DNA of 64,000 nucleotides, from assembly GCA_002269645.1 (NCBI GenBank), contig NIVC01002740.1, forward strand, positions 62,001 through 126,000. Direction: 5' to 3'. The translations under genes and the position numbers were made by a program. This DNA comes from Macrostomum lignano (Eukaryota). Shown piece after piece: positions 23,807 through 37,319 of this stretch (the stretch's first letter is position 1; each line of letters starts with the position of its first letter). The notes beneath the pieces are model-generated. The model saw nothing but the letters and a program-made list of their open reading frames with translations. It did no database searches and was not told where the DNA came from.

Positions 23807-24716
23807 AATCCCATTAAGCAAAATAAATTCATTGTAAAAAACTTGCATGAAAAGTATAATTGCTAAAAAAACTTTCTTTTTTTGAAATTTTTTTGTTGTT
23901 TAAGACCTATTAGAATTATAAAGCAAATATAAATATATATATTATAGATTTTATTGATCAATTTATGGTATATAAAGGACATTATACAATAAAAATATAA
24001 TTTGGTATGTCCAATTATAATATAACTTTCTGAATACTTATTGCATATATTTTTGCTTTTTATGAAGTCAAGTATTGTTGACAGCAGGAAACTTTAAATT
24101 GCACAGTTTTATTTTTAAAAACTATACAACCTTCTGCTGGCATACATGAGTCACAGTAAGTAAAATTTTGTTCAGAAAAAATATAATGATTCTAATTAGA
24201 AAATAAGTTTCATACTTTTAACCCTTTTTAAACAGCCCTTAAGTTCTTAGGGATTTCAGATTGATGAGATAGCATTTGTTATTATTGCTGCTGCTCAACA
24301 AATTAGATAAACTTCAGACTGAGTTGTGGCTTATTAGAAAAAAAATTCATTTTCTTTTGTGTTCCAATGTAGCTATTAATATGGTTACAGAAAATTATGG
24401 ATATAGTTATAGGAATGCATATTTCCTATATCTAGTTCTTATATCTACTTTTTTGCCAGTTTCAAGTAGCAGCAGATATTTTCTACAACACGTGCACTTT
24501 GTTTAGTGGATGTGGTGGGGGAAAAAGTGAAGGTTAAAAGAATCCGAGCTGATAGTTTAGTAAATGTACTTAAAACTTTTAATCTTATTTTTACTTATTG
24601 AAGAATCTTGTGAGTAAAGTTCATATAAATCTGTCTGTGTAACTACTGAGAGCATCGGGATTGCTTCACATATTTTCACATTTCACATTCATACAATCTA
24701 AATTCAAAAGTGCTCA

Positions 24717-27700
24717 ATGCAGACTTTAATAACAAATTGCTTGAGCACAAACGCAAAAAACAACAATAACAAAATCAGACAGCGGCTTTGGCTTCGCTGC
24801 TGGCGGATGTCGCAGTTCGTACGACTATCAGCTGCCACCTCCAGCTGCTGGATTCGGGCATCGTCAGCAGCAACAGCGTCTGGATCGCGACAGGTCTCCA
24901 ATTCGACCTGGTGGTGGTTGTGGTGATGTGGGCGATGGCTCTAGCAGAGCTCGCGGGGGTAAGTGGAAAGCTCTTAGGAACCGTTCGAAACACGCGACAA
25001 TCTGGGGCTTGTACATGAAATATTGGTTTCTAGGGCTTTTAGTTAGAAGCAGCAAGGAGCTGTGTGGACCCTGGCGCACTTTAAGCGACATTGTCACACA
25101 ACCGGCGAGAGGCATTGCTTCCCGTTCCACCGACTCCCCTGAGCAGGCACACAAGCGCGTATACATACGCAGTCATATGCATAGACACACACTAGCTTTA
25201 TTTATCGTTAAGCAAGTACACTTCACTTAACGATTCCAATTTAGCCCCAAATGATCGAATGTGACTGCACTTAGGATCGAGCCTAGACCGCTGGCACATG
25301 AGAGGGCCGCGCTTGACTCACTGACTCATGATAAGAAGTTTAAGGGATCAATGCTGCTGTACACCCTGTGTGCGTGCTCAGGAGCCTGCAGAATGAGCAT
25401 AACTGCTTGCCTTCTCACTGTTTGCGGTTAGACTGTTGTTTTGATTTGGTTAAAAACCGCTCTGATCTGACCAATCTGTCTACAATTGCACCCATAGGAG
25501 GTGGCAATTCGATTCGTTCGCGCATCACAGAGGAGCCGCGGGGCTGGGAGCAGGACGAATCCGTGCGGCTAGATCTATACAACAGCGATCTCTGGCTAAT
25601 GATTGATACTGACGGTGTCAATGCCAAACCATTTAGTCATGGCGGCTTTGCTAACATGTGGGCTGGCGCTCAGGCTACCTATGCCGCTAGGCGGGGGCGC
25701 GTGTTTTACGAGGTGCGTAAGGCTTGCTGATTCTGGCTTCGATTATTGAGTTTTTCATTGATTAAGGGGGTTACAGCAGATTGGTGCCAGTGGAATGAGG
25801 TGGGTGTCAGTGGAGTGAGGTTGGTGTCAGTGGAGTGAGGTTGGTGTCAGTGGAGTGAGGTGGGTGTCAGTGGAGTGAGGTGGGTGTCAGTGGAGTGAGG
25901 TTGGTGTCAGTGGAGTGAGGTTGGTGTCGGTGGAGTGAAACTACACACGCGGCATCACAGGGTCACTCACTCCTCGAATCCCAGGTGCGGATCGGGCAGA
26001 ACAATCGCGACGTCTCGGCGCCGCCGGAGGAGCGGTTGATGTTCCTGCTGCGCTGCGGCTGGTCGCCATTAGGCGCCGGCATGGTGCTGGGCGAGGAGCC
26101 GCTGTCTTACGGCTACGGCGGCTCCGGCAAAGCTAGCACTGATTCGCAGTTCAAGGACTACGGCGGTCCCTTTGACTCTGGCGATGTTGTCGGCTGTTTT
26201 CTGGTAATTTGCTTATTATAGTTTTTTTAAACGAACTTAAAAAAGCTTGGAATGTTTTTGAAGTGTGTATTTGAAATTTCACTGCATCAACTTTGATAAT
26301 TGCAGTTTATTAACAAAGATTCGCGCATTTTAAAGCAGTTTTGTTAAGAATTGCTTTTGAATTAAATTGAATCGTTTTTAATCTGCCTTCAAAGACCATC
26401 CTTAATGCATCCTGATACTGAGAATCATCTAATATCTACCCTTAGAATCGCTCTTAATCTACCCTAAGAATCGCTCTTAATCCACCCTAAGAATCGCTCT
26501 TAATCCACCCTAAGAATCGCTCTTAATCTACCGTGAGAATTGCCCTTTATCTACTCTGAAAATTGCCCTTAATCTACCCTGAGAATCGCCCTCAATCTAT
26601 TTTGAGAATCGCCTTAAATCTACCCTGAGAATCGCTAGATTGCCCCGAGAATCGCCTTCAATCTACCCTGAGAATCGCTCACAATCTACCGTGAGAATCG
26701 CCCTTTATCTACTCTAAAAATTGCCCTTAATATACCCTGAGAGTCGCCCTTAATCTACCGTTAGAATTGCCCTTAATCTACCCTAAGAATCGCTCTTAAT
26801 CTACCCTAAGAATCGCTCTTAATCTACCCTAAGAATCGCTCTTAATCTACCCTAAGAATCGCTCTTAATCTACCCTAAGAAAAGCTCTTAATCTACCCTA
26901 AGAATCGCTCTTAATCTACCCTGAGAATCGCCCTCAATCTACTCTGAAAATTTCCCTTAATCTACCGTTAGAATTGCCCTTAATCTACCCTGAGAATCAT
27001 TCGTAATCTACCGTTAGAATTTCCCTTAATCTACCCTGAGAATCGCCCTCAATCTACCCTGAGAGTCGCCCTTAATCTACCCTGAAAATCGCCCTTAATC
27101 TACCGGGAGGATCGCCCTTTATCTACTCTGAGAATCGCCCTCAATCTATCTTGAGAATCGCCCTCAACCTATCCTGAGAATCGCCCTCAATCTACCCTGA
27201 GAATCGCCCTCAATCTACCCTGAGAATCGCCCTCAATCTACCCTGAGAATCGCCCTCAATCTATCCTGAGAATCGCCCTCAATCTATCCTGAGAATCGCC
27301 CTCAATCTATCCTGAGAATCGCCCTCAATCTATCCTGAGAATCGCCCTCAATCTATCTTGAGAATCTTCCTCAATGTATCTTGACAGTCGGTCGCTCTAT
27401 GTTCATTACCAATGCTCAATTTCTCGCGCAGGAGTACCGCGATGACGGCGTGCCGATCATCTCGTACGCTCTGGACGGGCGCAGCCTCGGCGTCTGCTAC
27501 ATGGCCAATGAGGCCCGCAATAAGCCGCTGTTTCCGCACCTGCTAACTAAAAATGTGCAGTTCGAAGTCAACTTTGGTCAGCGCAAGTGAGTCATTCATC
27601 CCAGTCTGAAAACTTTCTAGTTCTTTAGGTTTTAATATTAATATTAACTTGCAGTTTTAAAATCTCCAAGATTTGAGTAGTTGCAGTTTCAAAATCTGCA

Positions 27701-30700
27701 AGATCTAAGTAGTTGCAGTTTCAAAATCTCTAAGATTTCAGTAGTTGCAGTTTCAAAATCTCCAAGATTTGAGTAGTTGCAGTTTCAAAATCTGCAAGAT
27801 CTAAGTAGTTGCAGTTTCAAAATCTCTAAGATTTCAGTAGTTGCAGTTTCAAAATCTCCAAGATCTCAGTAGTTGCAGTTTCAAAATCTCCAAGATTTCA
27901 GTAGTTGCAGTTTCAAAATCTCTAAGATCTCAGTAGTTGCAGTTTCAAAATCTCCAAGATTTCAGTAGTTGCAGTTTCAAAATCTCCAAGATTTCAGTAG
28001 TTGCAGTTTCAAAATCTCCAAGATTTGAGTAATTGCAGTTTCAAAATCTGCAAGATCTCAGTAGTTGCAGTTTCAAAATCTGTAAGATCTAAGTAGTTGC
28101 AGTTTCAAAATCTCTAAGATTTCAGTAGTTGCAGTTTCTAAATCTCTAAGATTTCAGTAGTTGCAGTTTCAAAATCTCTAAGATTTCAGTAGTTGCAGTT
28201 TCAAAATCTCTAAGATCTCAGTAGTTGCAGTTTCAAAATCTCTAAGATCTCAGTAGTTGCAGTTTCAAAATCTCCAAGATCTCAGTAGTTGCAGTTTCAA
28301 AATGTCCAAGATCTCAGTAGTTGCAGTTTCAAAATCTCCAAGATCTCAGTAGTTGCAGTTTCAAAATGTCCAAGATCTCAGTAGTTGCAGTTTCAAAATC
28401 TGCAAGATCTCAGTAGTTGCAGTTTCAAAATCTGCAAGATCTCAGTAGTTGCAGTTTTAAATTCTGCAAGATTTCAGTAGTTGCAGTTTCAAAATCTCCA
28501 AGATCTCAGTAGTTGCAGTTTCAAAATGTCCAAGATCTCAGTAGTTGCAGTTTTCAAAGTCTGCAAGATCTCAGTAGTTGCAGTTTCAAAATCTCCCTAA
28601 CCCACCCTCAGGCCCTGGTTCCCGCCGTCAGAAGATGAGGCAGCAGGCGGCTGGACTCAGATCGGCCGGCTGACTGATCGCGATCGCCAAAGAAACTATT
28701 TGCCGCCTGACAAGCGCGAGGACTGCACTATGCTGATGATGTGCGGCCTGCCAGCTGCTGGCAAATCTGTGTGGGCTGAGAAGCACTGCTCAGAGAATGC
28801 CGACAAGCGCTACTGTGTACTGGGCACCAACAGCATAATTGACAGGCTGAAAGTGATGGGCCTGCCAAGGCAGAGAAACTACCACGGCCGCTGGGAGTTG
28901 CTGATCGAACGGGCTACGAAATGTTTAAACGATCTGTTTGAAGTGGCCTGCCGGCGCAAGCGGAACTACATTCTGGACCAGACTAACGTGTACGCCAGCG
29001 CCCAGCGCAGGAAAATGGCGCCGTTCGATGGCTACAGGCGATTGGCCGTTGTTGTGGTGCCTGAGCACGATGAGTACCAGCGCAGGCTTGATAGGCAGCG
29101 CAAAGTTGAAGGCAAGGAGGTGCCTGACCAGGCTATCGCGTCTATGAAGGGTGAGTGCTGTATGAAAAACTGAATATTATTTTCAAACATAAAAGTTTCA
29201 TCATAATTCAGGTGTTGATCTCCGATTGGACAGGGGGTACTATAATTGACGCAATGGGAATGTTGCTGAGATGCCAGGGCTCTTAGGCAATTGTTGTAAT
29301 GCCGTGGGTCATAGGGAATTTCTGAGATGCCAGGGCTCATAGGGAATTGTTGTAATGCCGTGAGTCATAGGGAATGTTGCTGAGATGCCAGGGCTCATAG
29401 GGAATTGTTGTAATGCCGTGGGTCATAGGGAATTTCTGAGATGCCATGGCTCATAAAGAATCGCTGAGATGCTAGGTCTCATAGCCTGGGAATCGCTGAG
29501 ATGCTTGCTAGGTCTCATAGCCTGGGAATTGCTGAGATGCTTGCTAGGTGTCATAGCCTGGGAATCGCTGAGATGCTAGGTCTCATAGCCTGGGAATCGC
29601 TGAGATGCTAGGTCTCATAGCCTAGGAATCGCTGAGATGCTAGGTCTCATAGCCTGGGAATCGCTGAGATGCTTGCTAGGTCTCATAGCCTGGGAATCGC
29701 TGAGATGCTTGCTAGGTGTCATAGCCTGGGAATCGCTGAGATGCTAGGTCTCATAGCCTGGGAATCGCTGAGATGCTAGGTCTCATAGCCTGGGAATCGC
29801 TGAGATGCTAGGTCTCATAGCCTGGGAATCGCTGAGATGCTAGGTCTCATAGCCTGGGAATCGCTGAGATGCTAGGTCTCATAGCCTGGGAATCGCTGAG
29901 ATGCTTGCTAGGTCTCATAGCCTGGGAATCGCTGAGATGCTAGGTCTCATAGCCTGGGAATCGCTGAGATGCTTGCTAGGTCTCATAGCCTGGGAATCGC
30001 TGAGATGCTTGCTAGGTGTCATAGCCTGGGAATCGCTGAGATGCTAGGTCTCATAGCCTGGGAATCGCTGAGATGCTAGGTCTCATAGCCTGGGAATCGC
30101 TGAGATGCTAGGTCTCATAGCCTGGGAATCGCTGAGATGCTAGGTCTCATAGCCTGGGAATCGCTGAGATGCTAGGTCTCATAGCCTGGGAATCGCTGAG
30201 ATGCTTGCTAGGTCTCATAGCCTGGGAATCGCTGAGATGCTAGGTCTCATAGCCTGGGAATCGCTGATATGCTAGGTATCATAGCCTGGGAATCGCTGAG
30301 ATGCTTGCTAGGTCTCATAGCCTGGGAATCGCTGAAATGCTAGGTCTCATAGCCTGGGAATCGCTGAGATGCTAGGTCTCATAGCCTGGGAATCGCTGAG
30401 ATGCTAGGTCTCATAGCCTGGGAATCGCTGAAATGCTAGGTCTCCTAGCCTGGGAATCGCTGAGATGCTAGGTCTTATAGCCTGGGAATCGCTGAGATGC
30501 TTGCTAGGTCTCATAGCCTGGGAATCGCTGAGATGCTAGGTCTCATAGCCTGGGAATCGCTGAAATGCTAGGTCTCATAGCCTGGGAATCGCTGAGATGC
30601 TAGGTCTTATAGCCTGGGAATCGCTGAGATGCTTGCTAGGTCTCATAGCCTGGGAATCGCTGAAATGCTAGGTCTTATAGCCTGGGAATCGCCGAGATGC

Positions 30701-31576
30701 TTGCTAGGTCTCATAGCCTGGGAATCGCTGAGATGCTAGGTCTCATAGCCTGGGAATCGCTGAGATGCTAGGTCTCAAAGCCTGGGAATCGCTGAGATGC
30801 TTGCTAGGTCTCATAGCCTGGGAATCGCTGAGATGCTAGGTCTCATAGCCTGGGAATCGCTGAGATGCTAGGTCTCATAGCCTGGGAATCGCTGAGATGC
30901 TAGGTCTCAAAGCCTGGGAATCGCTGAGATGCTTGCTAGGTCTCATAGCCTGGGAATCGCTGAGATGCTAGGTCTCATAGCCTGGGAATCGCTGAGATGC
31001 TAGGTCTCATAGCCTAGGAATCGCTGAGATGCTAGGTCTCATAGCCTAGGAATCGCTGAGATGCTATGGGCCATTGGAGAATTTCTGAGATGTTCATAGG
31101 AATCTTGACTTTCTAACGATCAGGCATGTACACTCCCTGTGCCATAGGGGTTGGCTTATACATTTAGCTCTCAGCAGCCAAGTGCCTCCTTTTCAGCCAA
31201 TTTCTCAATCCCAAGCGATCATGACGGACTATTTGACGAGGTGGTGTTCACCGAGTTGCCGCGTCGCGAGGCCGAACAGCTGGTCGCTCGCTACAACAGA
31301 GAAGCCGCCGGCGCCGCCGGTGGAGGCGGCCGAGGAGGTGGCCGCGGCGGCGGCTTCGCTGGCGGTTTCCATCAGCGGCATCAAGGCACCGATCAACAGC
31401 AGCACTCGAGGCCGTATTCTAATTATTCCGACAACAGGCCGCACCACCAGCAGCAGCAGTATAAGCAGGAACGGCGAGGCGGTGGCGGTGGTGGCGGCTG
31501 GCGCGGCGGCGGCGGCGGCAGAGGAAGAGGTTCAGGATACGGTTTTGGTCATGGAGGCGGCGGTCGAGCCTACTGA
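24717..31576 (+). CDS. HNRNPUL1: hnRNP U / hnRNP U-like (SPRY + P-loop + RGG); exons about 24717-24958 (start unresolved), 25498-25712, 25985-26203, 27432-27586, 28612-29150, 31197-31576
   Basis: SPRY motifs (LDLYNSDL, WAGAQATY, LGEEPLSYGYGGSGK, GDVVGCFL), GLPAAGKS P-loop, KRNYILDQTNVYASAQRRKM, MKANFSIP and an RGG-rich tail. Splice phases are consistent. HNRNPU versus HNRNPUL1 cannot be resolved. Confidence 0.92.
25790..25938. repeat. 20-bp minisatellite (GTGTCAGTGGAGTGAGGTTG)n in hnRNP U intron 2
   Basis: About 7 visible units. Confidence 0.9.
26430..27375. repeat. 23-bp minisatellite (AATCTACCCTGAGAATCGCCCTC)n in hnRNP U intron 3
   Basis: Period of 23 measured at 27181 and 27204. Confidence 0.93.
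27650..28597. repeat. 32-bp minisatellite (AGTTTCAAAATCTCCAAGATCTCAGTAGTTGC)n in hnRNP U intron 4
   Basis: Period of 32 measured at 28261 and 28293. Confidence 0.93.
29265..31065. repeat. 32/36-bp minisatellite (GAATCGCTGAGATGCTAGGTCTCATAGCCTGG)n in hnRNP U intron 5
   Basis: Period of 32, with a variant carrying 4 extra bases (TTGC). Confidence 0.95.
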
Positions 31577-31704
31577 AAAAAATTAGTTAAATTTTTTTAT
31601 TGAACATTTGTCGATCTTGACAAACTGAATATACTGTCACAAAGCATGTATTTACTGTTTATGATAAAGACTATATTTTATGTTCATGCCTTAGGACTGT
31701 GTTG

Positions 31705-32975
31705 TCCTTAATCTACCCTTGTAATTGACTCTTGACCTACCATGAGAATCGCCCTTGATCTACCGTAAGAATCGCCCTTAATATACCTTGAGAATTGCCC
31801 GTAATCTACCGTGATAATCGTCATTAATCTACCATGAGAATCGACCTTAATCTACCGTGAGAATCGCCCTTAATCTACCGTGAGAATCGCCCTTAACCTA
31901 CCATGAGAATCGCCCTTAATTTACCTTGAGAATTGTCATTAATCCACCATGAGAATCGCCCTTAATCTACCTTGTGAATCGTCATTAATAAACCATGAGA
32001 ATCGCCCTTAATCTACCTTGAGAATCGTCATTAAAAAACCATGAGAATCGCCCTTAATCTACCTTGAGAATCGTCATTAATAAACCATGAGAATCGCCCT
32101 TAATCTACCTTGAGAATCGTCATTAATAAACCATGAGAATCGCCCTTAATCTACCTTGAGAATAGTCATTAATAAACCATGAGAATCGCCCTTAATCTAC
32201 CTTGAGAATCGTCATTAATAAACCATGAGAATCGCCCTTAATCTACCTTGAGAATAGTCATTAATAAACCATGAGAATCGCCCTTAATCTACCTTGAGAA
32301 TCGTCATTAATAAACCGTGAAAATCGCCCTTAATCTACCTTGAGAATAGTCATTAATAAACCATGAGAATCGCCCTTAATCTACCTTGAGAATAGTCGTT
32401 AATAAACCATGAGAATCGCCCTTAATCTACCTTGAGAATCGTCATTAATAAACCTTGAGAATCGTCATTAATAAACCATGAGAATCGCCCTTAATCTACC
32501 TTGAGAATAGTCATTAATAAACCATGAGAATCGCCCTTAATCTACCTTGAGAATCGTCATTAAAAAACCATGAGAATCGCCCTTAATCTACCTTGAGAAT
32601 AGTCATTAATAAACAATGAGAATCGCCCTTGATCTACCTTGAGAATCGTCATTAATAAACCATGAGAATCGCCCTTAATCTACCTTGAGAATAGTCATTA
32701 ATAAACCATGAGAATCGCCCTTAATCTACCTTGAGAATAGTCAATAATAAACCATGAGAATCGCCCTTAATCTACCTTAAGAATCGTCATTAATAAACCA
32801 TGAGAATCGCCCTTAATCTACCTTGAGAATCGTCATTAATAAACCGTGAGAATCGCCCTTAATCTACCTTGAGAATCGTCATTAATAAACCATAAGAATC
32901 GCCCTTAATCTACCGTGAGAATCGCCATTAATAAACCATGAGAATCGCCCTTAATCTACCGTGAGAATCGCCCTG
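31705..32975. repeat. 23-bp family array with a 46-bp higher-order dimer, downstream of hnRNP U
   Basis: Alternating GAGAATCGCCCTTAATCTACCTT and GAGAATCGTCATTAATAAACCAT; same family as the intron 3 array. Confidence 0.93.
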
Positions 32976-33870
32976 GTGATAATCGGTCTTGATACAGTTT
33001 ATTAGAGTGCAACTCTAACATTCAAATGTCTCTAAAATGCGTAACCATTCGTTGCGTTTATTCTCACTTATACGGTACATGTTTTACGTGAGTATGAGTG
33101 AGCCGTACCTACTTTTTTACATGTCATATCCTTTTTTACATTTTGTTCATCAATATGCTGTTTGCATATTATAATATTTCTCTATTAGTACAACCGCTTG
33201 GTGATATGCATACGCACTCCTTTGCAAAATTTAAACTTTAAGTTTTTCTCTGACGTCTGTTTGATTCATTTTTTATTTACAAAAATAATATTGGGACTTT
33301 TTTTCATCTACTAATCGTCATTTTTAGTTTTGTTTGTTTCAAAGTGTCTTTAGTCTTGTTTCTGTTTTATTCTACTACTAGTAGCAAAAATAATAAGCGG
33401 CTTTATCAATACGAGAGATTTATCAAAACATATCTAAAGATGAACATTGAGTCTGCCTGCTTTCAAAGGCAATAGCATATTTGTGCTATAAAATAATGAA
33501 AAGTTCCTATCTCCGTAGTGTATTTTCGGCGAAAACCAGCCTCAATATACGTTTTTACTTGAGTAGTCTTTTCAGTTTTATCGTGCTAAAATAGAATAAT
33601 AAAGACAGGTTGGACCATAGACAACACAGGAATTTCCGACTTGAACATAAAAAAACTTGCTATTTATGGCCATAGAGAGATTTGTTGTCAAATATATACT
33701 GACAGATGTCTATGGCCCAGACCAGTCTATTCTGTAGGATTTCTGCTGCTCCTCAATTAAGTTAATAATCAAGCCGAGAATCCCCATAGACAATAAAAGC
33801 CAATCAAGCGCATAGTTAGCTCTATCTGGCAGTGGCTGTTAACTTGAATTTACCCAGCCAATTCTCATTG

Positions 33871-35204
33871 ATGGCTGCCCCATCCGGTCATCCCAGCCCC
33901 CTACTGACGGATTTGCCGTCATTCTCGCCCGACAGTTTCGCTCGGCATGCAAAAATCAATCGAGTGAGCTTCTGATTTCAAATTTGATGCATATATTAAT
34001 GCGGAAAATTTCATCTGCATGCCAAATTATTTTCCTTTTACAGTCGTCCTGCACTCAGCAGCAGTATTCTGAAGATTTGAAACCAGCTAGGCGTAAGTCT
34101 GGCTTGAACTTTTGTTATGTACCTTTTATTTAGCCAAATTAGCGATAATTATTAGCTACTTTTTGTTGCAAAATGCTTATTCTCTACAGCCCTTGTGAAC
34201 GGCTACTCGGACAAAAATGTCGTTCTAATTGCACAGGCTAAAAAGTGGGATAAACTGGTAAGACTTGGGGATGAACCTAGTTTTATGCTGCCTGGACCAC
34301 CTTGGCTCACCTTGGCTCGCCTTGAACACTGACTCAATTTGGCCCGCCATGCTCACATTGACCGACCTTGACGCATACTGACTGACATTGACCCTCCTTG
34401 ACCGACATTGACCCTCCTTGACCCTCCTTGACCGACCTTTACCCACATTGATTGACATTGACCGACCTTGACCCACACTGACTGACATTGACCCACACTG
34501 ACTGACATTGACCCACATTGATTTTCCTTGACCGACATTGATCGACATTGACCGACCTTGACACGCCTTCACCCACATTGAACCTCCTTGACCGACATTG
34601 ACCGACATTAAAACAATGTCGGTTGTTGATGTTTTCTAATAATTTCCGACCTTAACCCTTCTTGACCGACCTTGACCCACATTGACCAACCTTGACCCTC
34701 CTTTACCAACCTTGACCCTCCTTGACCGACCTTGACCCTCTTTGACCGACCTTGGCCCAAATTGACCTACCTTGACCCACATTGACTGACCTTGACCCAC
34801 ATTGACCCGCCTTGACCGACCTTGACCCACATTGACCAACCTTGAACCTCTTATTTGCACCTGGGCAGCCCCTGTTAATCGTCAACCTCCTGCATTCCCA
34901 GCTGGACTTCCAGTCCAACAGCAAGCCGTCAATCGAGGAGCTCCGTCAGCGCTGGGCCGCCACCATTAAAGAGCCGCCGCGTTCGCCCTCGGACTGCGCG
35001 GAGTCGCCGTCTGGCACCCCGGCCGACGTGGCTGCTGGCGGCCGAGAGTTGAGAAAACGGCGGGCAGCGGCGGACTCGAGCGGAGATCGAGCAGCCAGCG
35101 CGGGTAGCAACGGCACCCCATCCCAGTCCCAGCAGCAGCAGACAAATATTCGAAAGCGTCCTCGCCTAGTTCTTAGAAACACTCGTCGCTATGGCAACAA
35201 CTGA
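33871..35204 (+). CDS. Uncharacterised protein of about 170 aa; exons 33871-33963, 34044-34092, 34190-34257, 34902-35204
   Basis: Four GT-AG exons with phases 0/1/0 join into one open frame (MAAPSGHPS...AKKWDKLLDFQ...IRKRPRLVLRNTRRYGNN). No family was recognised. Confidence 0.7.
34295..34845. repeat. Degenerate array of about 10-bp units (TTGACCGACC/TTGACCCACA) in intron 3 of the uncharacterised gene
   Basis: Visible array. Confidence 0.88.
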
Positions 35205-35384
35205 CTGCGGACTTAAGAGCGTCCAAGGGAACCATTTAGTAACAAATGTTGAAAAAACATTGTTTTCTAAAAAGTTGTACATACATTTTCTACTTAATAT
35301 TTTATTCGACCCAAAATCAAATTTAAATCGATCGATTGAAAGATTCATTTTATGTTGGAAATTGGACTGGGGCTCTGTAGGGGT

Positions 35385-35812
35385 CACCTTCAGATCATGT
35401 CGGTAATCACCCTCTAATCATGTCGGTAATCACCCTCTAATCATGTCAGTAATCACCCTCTGATCATGTCGGTAATAATCGCCCTCTAATCATGTCGGTT
35501 ATCACCCTCTGACCATGTCGGTTATCACCCTCCAATCATGTCGGTAATCACCCTCTGACCATGTCGGTTATCACCCTCTGACCATGTCGGTTATCACCCT
35601 CTGACCATGTCGGTTATCACCCTTTAATCATGTCGGTAATCGCCCTCTGACCATGTCGGTAATCACCCTCCAATCATGTCGGTAATCACCCTCTGACCAT
35701 GTCGGTTATCACCCTCCAATCATGTCGGTAATCACCCTCCAATCATGTCGGTAATCACCCTCTGACCATGTCGGTAATCACCCTCCAATCATGTCGGTAA
35801 ACACCCTCCAAT
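35385..35812. repeat. 23-bp minisatellite (TCACCCTCTGACCATGTCGGTAA)n
   Basis: Visible array. Confidence 0.92.
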
Positions 35813-36194
35813 CTTATAGAGTGAAAGCGGCTTCTAACCGTCTTCTTTCAGCCGTAACTGATAAACGTTGTTGCTTGCTTTGAGTTATACGAAGTACTTT
35901 TTGTACTGTTTATTTCTTTTAAGTTTTCCATTGAATGTACCGTGCTGAAGGCACTGTTGTTGAGTCTCTATTGACTGTTTCTTTATTAGCGTGATGCAGA
36001 ATTCATTCTGTATTGAAGAGATTTTACTTCTAACTAATGCCCCATTGATGGTAGCGCTTTGTTATCAAAGAAAGTAAGTAGAACCATTTTTAGGTCTTTA
36101 ATTGTCGTATGTTTGTAAATAATTAGACTTACAGATAATTAGTACGTTTAAAGGTTTTTATGTGCCTAAAAAGCAACAGATATATGGTCTGTTG

Positions 36195-36690
36195 TAGAGA
36201 GGATGGGTCAGCATGGGTAAGAAAGGATGGGTCAGTATGGGGAGGAGAGGATGGGTCAGCATTGAGAAGAGAGGACGGGTCAGCATGGGGAGGAGAGGAT
36301 GGGTCAGCATTGAGAAGAGAGGATGGGTCAGCATGGGAAAGAGAGGATGGGTCAGCATGGGGAAGAGAGGATGGGTCAGCATGGGTAAGAGAGGATGGGT
36401 CAGCATGGGGAGGAGAGGATGGGTCAGCATGGGGAAGAGAGGATGGGTCAGCATGGGGAAGAGAGGGCGGGTCAGCATGGGGAAGAGAGGATGGGTCAGC
36501 ATGGGGAAGAGAGGACGGGTCAGCATGGGGAGGAGAGGATGGGTCAGCATGGGGAAGAGAGGATGGGTCAGCATGGGGAAGAGAGGATGGGTCAGCATGG
36601 GGAAGAGAGGACGGGTCAGCATTGAGAAGAGAGGATGGGTCAGCATGGGGAAGAGAGGATGGGTCAGCATTGAGAAGAGAGGCCAGCATC
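36195..36690. repeat. 24-bp minisatellite (GATGGGTCAGCATGGGGAAGAGAG)n
   Basis: Visible array; source of the REDGSAWG-type ORFs. Confidence 0.93.
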
Positions 36691-36991
36691 TGTAAAGCTC
36701 AGTACTTTAGAAAATATATGAACTAATAAAAGTTAAGGGCTGAGCATGTACTCGTAATAGCACCGCCCTTATTCAACACGCTCTCTATTCTTTCTATTCT
36801 ACTTCAGTGCAAGTTTTAAGCAAATTTTTGTAGTTTATTTGACTCGACCGGGTTTATAAAAACTTGTCTCCCTATTGATAATTTGTTTTACAGTTGGACT
36901 GATTGATGATTCCGTTTATTGACGAAATAAATTGCGTTGTATATTTCAGTCTTACTTGTCACATTTGACTTGGAGACCTTGCTTTCTTACA

Positions 36992-37097
36992 CGATTGACT
37001 GCCTGACTGCCTGTCTGACTGACTGACTGACTGACTGCCTGACTGACTGACTGACTGACTGACTGACTGACTGACTTGAGTGAGTGAGTGAGTGACT

Positions 37098-37129
<32 letters not shown>

Positions 37130-37218
37130 GACTGACTGACTGACTGACTGACTGACTGACTGACTGACTGACTGACTGACTGACTGACTGACTGACTGAC
37201 TGACTGACTGACTGACTG
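36992..37218. repeat. (GACT)n microsatellite
   Basis: Visible tetranucleotide run. Confidence 0.95.
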
Positions 37219-37319
37219 AGAAGCCTAATTTCGGTTTTCACCGCCGTGTTCACTCTTCTGCATATCTGTCATCTCAGCGGCATTGAAGGCCTCATAAATC
37301 TGCACATCATCTGGCAGTC

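Noticed and set aside
24788-25018. ORF MASLLADVAV... with a hydrophobic stretch as the hnRNP U first exon or a membrane protein
   Set aside because: Its phase at the 24958 donor does not match exon 2; a different frame does.
26430-32975. Arrays as CRISPR loci
   Set aside because: The units are contiguous with no unique spacers, there are no cas genes, and the context is eukaryotic introns.
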